This document shows positions 1 through 8,541 of a stretch of DNA of 64,000 nucleotides, in pieces. Numbering within the stretch: the first letter of the stretch is position 1; every line of letters begins with the position of its first letter. This DNA is from an uncultured Chitinophaga sp. GTDB taxonomy: Bacteria; Bacteroidota; Bacteroidia; UKL13-3. A program made the translations under genes and the position numbers. Under the pieces are notes generated by a model that saw nothing but the letters and a program-made list of their open reading frames with translations, had not been told where the DNA came from and did no database searches. The DNA lies in contig CAZRVA010000001.1 in assembly GCA_964603255.1 (NCBI GenBank), positions 1,177 through 65,176 of the forward strand, written 5' to 3'.

Positions 1-713
1 AAAGTTCCCGGGATACGCACATCGTTTCCATCTGCATCTTTAACTACTTTACCGGTTACCGGGTTTCCTTCGCGTTTAACACGTCCGGCTTCACGCACAT
101 CAAACGCAACGCTATTAGCCAAACGAACAGATTTTGTATTTAGGTTTACGTTGTATGCAATTAAAAAATCGCGTGCACCAATTACGGTACCGCCCCATTT
201 TGCGTTAAACTCAGCCGGCCCAAAATCAGGTTTCCACTCCGGTAATTTTATTTTGTCAAAAAAGCCTTCATATTCACCGGCACGAATTACCGATAAGTTT
301 TTACGTGCTTCGTTTGGTTGAGCAGCTTCGTATAAGTACACCGGAATATTAAGTTCCTCGCCAACCCGCTTACCTAATTTTTGAGCATAAACCACAGTTT
401 CTTCCATGGTAATACCACTTACCGGAATTAAAGGACACACATCAGTTGCACCCATACGTGGATGTTCGCCTTTGTGTTTACTCATGTCAATTAATTCGGA
501 TGCTTTTTTAATAGCCAAGTAGGCTGCTTCAATTACCACATCAGGATGGCCAACAAAAGTTACAACCGTTCTGTTAGTGGCTTTTCCGGGATCAACGTCT
601 AACAACATTACGCCTTCTACCGATTCTATTTGGTCGGTTATTTGTTTGATGATTCCTAAATCAACCCCTTCGCTAAAATTAGGAACACACTCTATTAATG
701 CATTTTTATTCAT
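1..713 (-). CDS. Glutamate formimidoyltransferase (formiminotransferase domain); 5' part only, 3' end lies beyond the window start
   Basis: Reverse-strand translation from the ATG at 713 gives MNKNALIECVPNFSEGVDLGIIKQITDQIESVEGV..., the characteristic FTCD_N N-terminus. The ORF runs off the window edge. Confidence 0.75.
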   Translation of the reverse strand, partial: MNKNALIECVPNFSEGVDLGIIKQITDQIESVEGVMLLDVDPGKATNRTVVTFVGHPDVVIEAAYLAIKKASELIDMSKHKGEHPRMGATDVCPLIPVSGITMEETVVYAQKLGKRVGEELNIPVYLYEAAQPNEARKNLSVIRAGEYEGFFDKIKLPEWKPDFGPAEFNAKWGGTVIGARDFLIAYNVNLNTKSVRLANSVAFDVREAGRVKREGNPVTGKVVKDADGNDVRIPGT

Positions 714-760
714 GAGTAAAAAGTATGCTAAATGATTCGGCAAATAAACAACTAAAAACG

Positions 761-787
761 AAAAAAGCCCCGGGAAATTCCCGAGGC
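761..787 (-). terminator. Rho-independent terminator of the 822..8105 giant gene
   Basis: The hairpin gccccgggaaattcccgaggc has an 8-bp stem with one mismatch. On the plus strand it is preceded by A6, which is a U-run after the stem on the minus-strand transcript. It sits 35 nt after the stop codon. Confidence 0.7.
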
Positions 788-821
788 TCTCTCACAAACA
801 TCAAACTATCAAGAACACTAC

Positions 822-3800
822 TTAGTTCTTAATCATTTTTATTACAACTTCTTGTCCATCAACAGCTATTTTAACAAAATAAATACCGGTGTTTAGGTTG
901 CTCATTTCGTTGATAGAAATGGTGTTGCTACCTTCTGCAACCTGGTAATTGTTAGATAATATGCTGCGACCACTGAAGTCGAATACAGTTACGTTAGCAG
1001 TAGATGCTTTAGTTGCATTTACACTAACAGTAACATCAGCGTTAAAAGGATTTGGATAAGCGCTGATTGAATTGGTATTGTTCATTTCGTTTAACAATAC
1101 AACCACATTGCTTAAGCTTGATTTACCATCAAAGTCTACTTGTTTTAAACGGTAGTATACTTTGCTAACGGCATTATTAAATACGCCATTATCAATAAAG
1201 GTATAAGTTGATTTTATATTTGTATTTCCTGCACCTTTAACAAAACCAATTGTTTCGAAAGTACGTCCGTCAAAACTACGTTGCACATCAAAGCCTTTGT
1301 TGTTAGATTCTGATGCAGTAACCCAGGTTAAACGAGCATCGTTAACTTTTTTAGCAGCTGTAAAACTTGCCCATTTAACCGGAACCGGAGTATTTAATAC
1401 CTCATCAGCACCCATATAAGTAAATGCTAAACGGGTATTTCCGTCAATATCAACCGGAACTTCAATTCTTACCAAGCAAGAATATGTTGGATTGCCAACA
1501 GAAGCACCTGTTAAATGTAAATCAGACAACGAAACAAACGATGTTGAATCTGACACTGAATTTACATCTTGAACAAGGGCTGCTTTCCATGCGGTTAATG
1601 AAGTAACATCAGCACCCAAGAACCCAAATACAGCTTGCGTGCCAAATGCAAAATAATTGTTGTAATTGATATCAACTGTGGCTGGATTCGTTAATGCTGA
1701 AGCAATAGCGTATGCTTTAGCCGAGGCACTTAGGTTATTTTCAATACCATTAATAAAAATGTTGTTACGTGCTAATAGATTGGTTACACCTGATGCTACG
1801 TAAACAGCAGCCGACTGGGTAGCTGAAGATCTATTCGCATTTCCTCTTAAAGAAACTGTATTGTGTAACAATGAGATGTTTCCAGTGCTACCCAAAATAC
1901 GAAGCCCAACTATTCCATCACCGGCTAAACTTGTCCATCCATCACCCAAAATATTAGAAATCATGTTATTTGAAACTATGATATTGCTTATGGCTAATCC
2001 AGTATTAATATCAATTCCTTTACCCCCATATCCGCCAGTTCCGGCATAAATAATACTATCAACAACATTTCTGGTAATTGTTGCATTTTCAACGCCTGTT
2101 TGCACAAGAATACCAGTTGTTCCATCGCCCATTGCAGTGTTTGTTGAGTTGATATTTTTAATGTAGTTATTGCTGATCATTAAGCCATTGGTTTGCATTA
2201 CATAAATACCCGCATTTGTTACTGTATTTAGATTAACCACATTACCAATAGTGTTATTACTAATAACCATCCCTTTGTTTTTATTTAGAGATGTTCCTGA
2301 TGCATAAATTGCATAACCAACTTTTGTGAACTCATTATTCTCTATCACTAAACTATCGTTATCAGCACCTGTACCCGAACTTGATATGGTAGCTCCTGCA
2401 GCATAAATACCAAATGAAGTTGCTACTGCTGATGTATCACCTTGTATTTTTGTGTTTTTAACTTTGATACCTATTGCACCAGCAGTATTGCCCATACTTT
2501 GTACCCAAATAACTGCGGTGTTACCAATACGTGATGTATTGGTGATAGTCAAATCACGTGTATTTCCGGTTGTGGCTGCTCCATCAATAGTAATGTAATC
2601 TGCACCATTAAATTTAAAGATAGACTGATTGCTTGCACCAGAAATAGAAACTGTGTTGTTTAAAGTTGGCTTAATGGTAACCGGATTGTTAATACCCATA
2701 CCACCAAATACATCAAATGCAATTGGGAATGTTTCCGTTGCTGCTGTGTATGAGGCATCAGTTAACTCAAAAGTAACAGGAGCACTTACACCACGTAAAT
2801 TAAGTTGAGAAACCGCTTGGGTTAATGATGTAAAGTTTGGCGAAGTTTGCGATGCTCCAACCAAGTAAGTTCCTGCAAGTGGCGCTCCAATAATTGTAAA
2901 TGAGTTTCTTGAGGTAGGAACAGAAGTAATGTTAGCAACACTACTTGCCACAAATCCTATTGATGGGTTGGCAGAAACATTAGCTGTTGTAATCAAATCC
3001 TGCGCTGTTACAAAATATTCAATAACATCACCTGTTGCAACTGTACCTGTTAAGTATAATAACGAATAATCAATTGTAAAACTAAAAGGTGATGAAGTGT
3101 TGGTTGCCTCCACATATTTCCAACCATTAAAACTTGATGAGTTATCTGTTGGATAGTTACCCAATGCATTTGCATCAGTAGTACGTTTGAAATAAATACG
3201 AGGTTTGTTTGTTGTAACGTTTACACCACTTACGTCTGTAATAGCTGCAAACGCAGATAGCACAGGATTACTGGTTGAACTTGTATTTGCAATTTGCGTG
3301 TAAGTAATAGTAGGACCCGCAAGGTCTACTGTATTTTCGTAAGCACCAATAGTAGGTGCGGTTGCCGAACGAATTGCATTGTTAAAGTCTCTATCAATTG
3401 TGCTTATTATCGCGGCAAACCCACCAACAGTTCCTAACCCTGCAATTAAAGTTGTATCATTAACAAAAGTAGGATTTACAGCAATAGAATTTGCATTGGC
3501 ACCTGTACTTGTTTGAAGTCCGGTTAATGTATTTACATCAGTTCCGTTTGCATTCATTAAAATACCAAATGTACCACCACCAAAAAAATTGTTATTATTA
3601 AAAGTTAACCCAGGAATTGTTCCACTTACGGTAGTCCAATAGGCATAGTGTTTTGATCCGGCTAAACCTGTTGTATTGTTACTAAAAATATTATTTCTAA
3701 TATCAGATCCTGTGTAGGTTCCTGGTAAAATAAGTAATGGTGCTGAAGAGCTTGCTGAAGAACCATTTTGAGGAGCACCAAATAAATGAATGGTGTTGTA

Positions 3801-6800
3801 ATAAACTTTTAAGTTAGTTGCACCTGAAGCTAAACGAATTCCAAATGCGTTCCAAGTTGTGGATGTAGTACTATAGTTCGCTGTTTTAATATCATAAATA
3901 AGGTTATTATAAATCGAATCGTTATCTACACCAGTTCCTGATGCAATGTTTATTCCATAGGCTCCATAACCACTAGCGCTTGTAGAGTATATACCTTTAA
4001 TGACATTTCTCTTAATGGTACTATTGGTTAACCCTGATGCAATCCAAATACCAGCATTATTAATAGCACCACTTTGCTTTATGTTAAATATAATATTGTT
4101 TTCAATCAAAACTGAATCGGCATTTAACAAATACACGCCATTATTACGTGTAAAAAATGCGTTACTATCTGTTCCTATTCTGTTGTTTCTTAATGATACT
4201 TGTTTAACCTTATTAGCAACAGAACTACCACTAATAACAACACCATAGTCTGTGTTGTAAACATCATTGTTTTCAATTAGTAAGTTGCCATGACCAATAC
4301 CTCCTGAAGATAAACCTACGGTTGTACCACCCACAAGTATACCGTATGATGCCGCAGTATTGCTACCAGCCTTTACAATTGTATTTTTGAAAATAGTATT
4401 TCGTACACCTTGGTTTAATGCTGTACCTTGAAACATAACCACCGCACCTGTTGTGTTGGTGTTTTGTATTACTAAGTTTTGGCTTGTTGTATTATTGTTA
4501 GAACCATCAAAAATATAGTTTGATGCCCCATTAGCAAAACGTAAAATGGTAGTAGCATTTGAACCAGAAATTGTAGTGGAGACACCCGTATTTGGTTTTA
4601 TTGTTATAGTAAAGTTTGGATTTGTAGTTGGGAAAGCCACGAAGTTAATCGGGAAAGTTTCTGCTGTTGAAACATAGTCAGCATCCAGCAATAGCGTGAT
4701 ATTACCCTGAACTTGCTTACCCGATATATCTGCTAAAGCCGCGGTAATATTTGTGTAGTTTGGTGCTGTTTTAGTTGCACCAACTAAAAAGTTACCTGAT
4801 ATTGGTGTGATAACCTCACCTAATGCATAAAATCCTTCCAACAAGGTTGAAGAGGTAATTTTGTTGGTAAGCAATGTATTACCAATTGGTCCTGCACTTA
4901 CCGGTGCATAAACACCTGTCAAAGTTGAAGAGTAAGCAATACGATTTACACCAACCAAGTTAGCCGAAGTGAATCTTGCATAAGTACTATCCAAGTTGGC
5001 TTGTCCATTAGGAACTGTAATATTCCAATAACCATTTGTATATAGCGAATTTAACTGGCCTGCAGCAGGTGTACCTCCTGTGCTTGTGTTAAATCTTTCC
5101 ACTAAAACATCAACAGTACCATTTGCATTTGTACCAGTATTTACCAACTCTATTAGTCCATATGTACTTCCTTTACCTACGGGAAATGCTATTGTTCCGG
5201 CAGTTGTTAAAGAGGCTGGTATGGTACGTTGCATTGGGCCATCTACAAAGCTTGTTGTGCCACCTATAGTTGCGGTTCCAGTTGCTGCTATACGTAGAAG
5301 ATTTGTTGATGTAGTAATTAATTTACCGGCTGTCATTGTTAAAGTACCAGTAACATCTAGAGCACCACCAGCCAGTGTAACATGATTGGTATCAGCAATG
5401 GTTAAATTGGTAATCGTTCTTGAAGCTGGAATTTCTATACCAGTTGTGCGCATTGCACCTTCTTGTTGATAAATTAGTGAGTATGCTCCAGTTCCTAAAT
5501 TAAACGTAGGTGCAACATCAAAGATGCCTACGTTACCGTTTGTGTACCCAGCAACACCCACCTGTACTATTACAGCTTGTGTTGAGCCATTACCTAATGA
5601 AATATTATTGCTGTTTATAAGCTGAGTTGGGCTGAAAAAATTAACGCGATAAGTAGTAACAGATTTGTTAAACGTCACACCACCAACTGTATTTTGGTTA
5701 CTGATAGACTGATGTGTATCAGTTCCTGTGCCGCTATATGTTTGTGCTGAATTGCGGGCAAAAACCAAATTACTTCCAGCAACTGTTCCATCAACAGTTC
5801 CATTATTTGTAACAGTTGTGCCAGAGTTAAACAACACAAATCCATTTAAACTAAGTGTGCTTCCATTAGATACAGTTAAGCTGTTCCATACATTAAGCTG
5901 TGCACCCAATACTGCAGTTTTAGCATTGGTTGTATTATCAACCAATAAACTAGGCACATTACCTCTGATATTAAAATTGAAGTTTGTTGCAGTTGATGCG
6001 TTACCTATTTGTAAAGTACCTCCTGTTAAACCGTTAACTGGAGCTACGTTATAATCTTGTTGTGTTGTGCCTGTGCTTCGCTGCACCAATGTTAAGGTAC
6101 CTCCCGTCCAATTTATAATTGATGCAGCACTTGTAATACCAAATGATGGTGATGCAGATGTTGAATTACCAACAGTCGCCACATTAATATTACCACTACT
6201 AAAGTTAAAGTTAACTACGTTTCCTGTATTAATTCTTGCAGCAGCATTAACTGTTCCACCATCAACTGTAAATGTAGCGCCTGTACCAAAACCTAATACT
6301 TGTGCTGCTGTTTGAGAAACATTAAAAATACCTGCAGTAACTTGCAACAAACCATTAACTGTAGGACTGCCATTTGTTGATGTTACAATAAAATTAGGAT
6401 TATTAAGATGTAAACCGCCCGTCAAAGGAATGGTGTATGCGGCAGTTGTATATATTGGGTTTGATTGATTAAAAGAACCATTTATTTTTAACACACCAGC
6501 GGTGTGTGTTGAAATCAAACCAACTGTATTGGCACCTTGAACTGTAAATGGAGCTTCAATTTCTATCAATGGTCTGTTAACAGATACGGCACCTTTATTT
6601 AAAACAACAGTTCTAAAATCTAATAAAGTTGGCGTACCCGAAATTTTTGCGTTTAAAGTTCCAAAGAAATTTACCGTTACTCCTGCACTGGTATTAAAAT
6701 CTGCAGTACCATCAACAACTAGAGACCCCTCTCCCAAACCAGTAGCAGCTGATCCTCCTAACCTTAAATTATGCGTAGTTAATGTTCCTGTTCCTGCATC

Positions 6801-8105
6801 AAAAACGCCACCTGTAGCAACATAAACATTTCCATTAACAGTTAGTGTAGCGGCAGTTGTTGCATCAAAATTCAATACACCTGATGTTCCTGTTCCTACC
6901 CTAACGGCATGACATAACGGAGTTAAGCCATCAATGGTAACCGTAGCACCATCAACAATTACAACCGAATCAGATGCAGTTGGTACAATACCATTTGCCC
7001 AAGTCGATGTGCTTGTCCAATTACCACCGGTTGAAGTTGAGAGCAAGGCTGAAGCGTTGGTAGTAGAAACGGTTGTAGTTGCAAACTTAGAAATATCAGA
7101 CTCTGATGCAGCTGTTACCCTGAAGGTATAAGCTTTGCTTGGAAACAATCCTGTTACATTATATGTAGTTGCGTTTGATGGTAATGTTCCAATTGTTGAG
7201 TAAGTTAAACCACCATCATTAGATTGTTCTACAGTATAATAAGTTTCATTGCTTGCAGCATCAGTCCAATTTAAAGTTAGTGTTGATGCGGTAATTGCTG
7301 TAGCAGTTAAACCAGTTGGTGCAGCTGTTACAGCCGGAGATGGTGTAAAAGTAAGTACCCTTCTACTGCCTTGGGCAGTAGAATGTAATCCATTTATAAC
7401 TCCAGCTGCGAAAGTATTGGTAACAAGCGTTGCTGAAGCAGCTGAAGTTGGCGGTACGGCCACTGTTACTGTTTGTGCAGTTGAAACTGTGTTACTAGAT
7501 GCCAGGAATATTGCTCTGGTAACTGATGAACCCGCCTGCATTGGACCATACAAATATTGTATCGTACCATTTTCATACAACCAAACCTGCATATCTGCAG
7601 CTGGGTTTGAAACACCCCATGGCACAGCAAAACCAGGAAACTCTAATTTAAAAATTCGATTTGGTGCTGTACCTGTTACTACAAATCGAACTGCATCATT
7701 TGTTGCGTTATCACCTGACATTGGTGCTAAAGTAACCGTATTGGCTGCTAATGCTGAAACATTGCCTGTTGCAATTGCAGTTTCTGAAGAATTACGGTGC
7801 AAACGCATTTGGCCATTAGAGTTAGCACTAAAATGCGTGTAATTGACACCCATGAACGTGAATGGAAAACCTATAGGAAATAGGCCTGTGTTACGATCAT
7901 CGTTGTAACCTACAACCATATTACCCGTACCAGCAGTTGTTGTGGCACCAGTCATCGGATCAAGTGAACCTGTTGTGCTCGTTGAAAACACATAGTTACT
8001 GATGTTTTGAGCTTGTACGAGACTGAGTCCCGCAAACAAAGCTGTTAATACAATTTTCCGGCCATAGGAAAAAAGATTACTCATTTTTAGTAATGGATTC
8101 TTCAT
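822..8105 (-). CDS. Giant secreted cell-surface protein (~2427 aa) with parallel beta-helix-like repeats, FN3-like segments and a type-A T9SS C-terminal sorting domain; putative adhesin
   Basis: The ORF-track frame 822..8177 begins at a TTG; the first ATG with a signal peptide (MKNPLLKMSNLFSYGRKIVLTALFAGLSLVQA|QNISNY) is at 8105. The protein has many NNxIxxN/GxxxxN beta-helix-type repeats and is Thr/Asn/Gly-rich. The C-terminus ...YPNPFNADVTVSV...GIYFVKIAVDGQEVVIKMIKN is typical of a Por secretion (T9SS) CTD. The N- and C-terminal ~150-200 aa are paralogous to those of the 8542..15159 protein. Confidence 0.85.
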   Translation of the reverse strand: MKNPLLKMSNLFSYGRKIVLTALFAGLSLVQAQNISNYVFSTSTTGSLDPMTGATTTAGTGNMVVGYNDDRNTGLFPIGFPFTFMGVNYTHFSANSNGQMRLHRNSSETAIATGNVSALAANTVTLAPMSGDNATNDAVRFVVTGTAPNRIFKLEFPGFAVPWGVSNPAADMQVWLYENGTIQYLYGPMQAGSSVTRAIFLASSNTVSTAQTVTVAVPPTSAASATLVTNTFAAGVINGLHSTAQGSRRVLTFTPSPAVTAAPTGLTATAITASTLTLNWTDAASNETYYTVEQSNDGGLTYSTIGTLPSNATTYNVTGLFPSKAYTFRVTAASESDISKFATTTVSTTNASALLSTSTGGNWTSTSTWANGIVPTASDSVVIVDGATVTIDGLTPLCHAVRVGTGTSGVLNFDATTAATLTVNGNVYVATGGVFDAGTGTLTTHNLRLGGSAATGLGEGSLVVDGTADFNTSAGVTVNFFGTLNAKISGTPTLLDFRTVVLNKGAVSVNRPLIEIEAPFTVQGANTVGLISTHTAGVLKINGSFNQSNPIYTTAAYTIPLTGGLHLNNPNFIVTSTNGSPTVNGLLQVTAGIFNVSQTAAQVLGFGTGATFTVDGGTVNAAARINTGNVVNFNFSSGNINVATVGNSTSASPSFGITSAASIINWTGGTLTLVQRSTGTTQQDYNVAPVNGLTGGTLQIGNASTATNFNFNIRGNVPSLLVDNTTNAKTAVLGAQLNVWNSLTVSNGSTLSLNGFVLFNSGTTVTNNGTVDGTVAGSNLVFARNSAQTYSGTGTDTHQSISNQNTVGGVTFNKSVTTYRVNFFSPTQLINSNNISLGNGSTQAVIVQVGVAGYTNGNVGIFDVAPTFNLGTGAYSLIYQQEGAMRTTGIEIPASRTITNLTIADTNHVTLAGGALDVTGTLTMTAGKLITTSTNLLRIAATGTATIGGTTSFVDGPMQRTIPASLTTAGTIAFPVGKGSTYGLIELVNTGTNANGTVDVLVERFNTSTGGTPAAGQLNSLYTNGYWNITVPNGQANLDSTYARFTSANLVGVNRIAYSSTLTGVYAPVSAGPIGNTLLTNKITSSTLLEGFYALGEVITPISGNFLVGATKTAPNYTNITAALADISGKQVQGNITLLLDADYVSTAETFPINFVAFPTTNPNFTITIKPNTGVSTTISGSNATTILRFANGASNYIFDGSNNNTTSQNLVIQNTNTTGAVVMFQGTALNQGVRNTIFKNTIVKAGSNTAASYGILVGGTTVGLSSGGIGHGNLLIENNDVYNTDYGVVISGSSVANKVKQVSLRNNRIGTDSNAFFTRNNGVYLLNADSVLIENNIIFNIKQSGAINNAGIWIASGLTNSTIKRNVIKGIYSTSASGYGAYGINIASGTGVDNDSIYNNLIYDIKTANYSTTSTTWNAFGIRLASGATNLKVYYNTIHLFGAPQNGSSASSSAPLLILPGTYTGSDIRNNIFSNNTTGLAGSKHYAYWTTVSGTIPGLTFNNNNFFGGGTFGILMNANGTDVNTLTGLQTSTGANANSIAVNPTFVNDTTLIAGLGTVGGFAAIISTIDRDFNNAIRSATAPTIGAYENTVDLAGPTITYTQIANTSSTSNPVLSAFAAITDVSGVNVTTNKPRIYFKRTTDANALGNYPTDNSSSFNGWKYVEATNTSSPFSFTIDYSLLYLTGTVATGDVIEYFVTAQDLITTANVSANPSIGFVASSVANITSVPTSRNSFTIIGAPLAGTYLVGASQTSPNFTSLTQAVSQLNLRGVSAPVTFELTDASYTAATETFPIAFDVFGGMGINNPVTIKPTLNNTVSISGASNQSIFKFNGADYITIDGAATTGNTRDLTITNTSRIGNTAVIWVQSMGNTAGAIGIKVKNTKIQGDTSAVATSFGIYAAGATISSSGTGADNDSLVIENNEFTKVGYAIYASGTSLNKNKGMVISNNTIGNVVNLNTVTNAGIYVMQTNGLMISNNYIKNINSTNTAMGDGTTGILVQTGVENATITRNVVDSIIYAGTGGYGGKGIDINTGLAISNIIVSNNMISNILGDGWTSLAGDGIVGLRILGSTGNISLLHNTVSLRGNANRSSATQSAAVYVASGVTNLLARNNIFINGIENNLSASAKAYAIASALTNPATVDINYNNYFAFGTQAVFGFLGADVTSLTAWKAALVQDVNSVSDSTSFVSLSDLHLTGASVGNPTYSCLVRIEVPVDIDGNTRLAFTYMGADEVLNTPVPVKWASFTAAKKVNDARLTWVTASESNNKGFDVQRSFDGRTFETIGFVKGAGNTNIKSTYTFIDNGVFNNAVSKVYYRLKQVDFDGKSSLSNVVVLLNEMNNTNSISAYPNPFNADVTVSVNATKASTANVTVFDFSGRSILSNNYQVAEGSNTISINEMSNLNTGIYFVKIAVDGQEVVIKMIKN

Positions 8106-8187
8106 AATTATAAAATTTAAAATGCAAAAGCCATTTACGGATAGGTAAATGACATCAAACTGATTGTAATAAATCAACGGATAACTG

Positions 8188-8292
8188 CTATTCGTTCCAG
8201 CAGGTAGTATTATGAGCCTTTCGAACTCCTCTGTAAACAGAAGGAGCTATACTTAATACCGCACCGGCAGCAAGTAAATCACTATCCGACAT
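8188..8292 (-). CDS. Small conserved upstream ORF (34 aa, MSDSDLLAAGAVLSIAPSVYRGVRKAHNTTCWNE) 82 nt upstream of the giant T9SS gene
   Basis: Hand translation of the reverse strand gives an ATG..TAG ORF. Its C-terminal 18 aa match the ORF at 15265..15402 (14 of 18 identical), and several of the nucleotide differences are synonymous (tct/tcc, gct/gcc). It is below the 60-aa cutoff of the ORF track. Confidence 0.4.
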   Translation of the reverse strand: MSDSDLLAAGAVLSIAPSVYRGVRKAHNTTCWNE

Positions 8293-8487
8293 GGTTGTCA
8301 AGATATGGATGCTGCCATCAGAATTGTGCAAATATTTTTTAAGTAGGCTATTCATTTGGTTTTAACGCGTTCGAAATTACATTTCATAAACGTAAATACA
8401 AGACGCCTTATTACATAATTCTGGTTGCACCTTTTTCAAAAATTATGTAAAAAATAAATATTGTATTGCTAATCAATTTTTTAAAAA

Positions 8488-8519
8488 CAAAAAAGCCTCG
8501 GGAATCACCCGAGGCTTTT
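8488..8519 (-). terminator. Rho-independent terminator of the 8542..15159 giant gene
   Basis: The A-run at 8488-8494 is followed by the perfect 8-bp stem gcctcggg-aatca-cccgaggc at 8495-8515 and then ttttat. The sequence is almost identical to the terminator at 761-787. Confidence 0.8.
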
Positions 8520-8541
8520 ATCAATAATTAAGAATAATTAA

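Noticed and set aside
1424-7842. Several 60-200 aa plus-strand ORFs (1424..1606, 4000..4248, 5080..5385, 5728..6054, 6067..6315, 6934..7131, 7249..7842) inside the giant minus-strand gene
   Set aside because: These are antisense open frames produced by the biased Thr/Asn/Gly/Val-rich coding sequence. They have no independent start context and overlap fully with a strongly supported CDS.
8106-8177. N-terminal extensions in the ORF track that begin at TTG or GTG (8177, 17678, 28003, 28821, 31950, 39562, 56800, 58087, 58123)
   Set aside because: In each case a downstream ATG gives a canonical N-terminus (signal peptide or a conserved family start), so the coordinates were trimmed.
8291-8365. 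Small plus-strand ORF (MVVKIWMLPSELCKYFLSRLFIWF) in the gene 1 upstream region
   Set aside because: It is antisense to the conserved minus-strand small ORF and is not conserved at the second locus.
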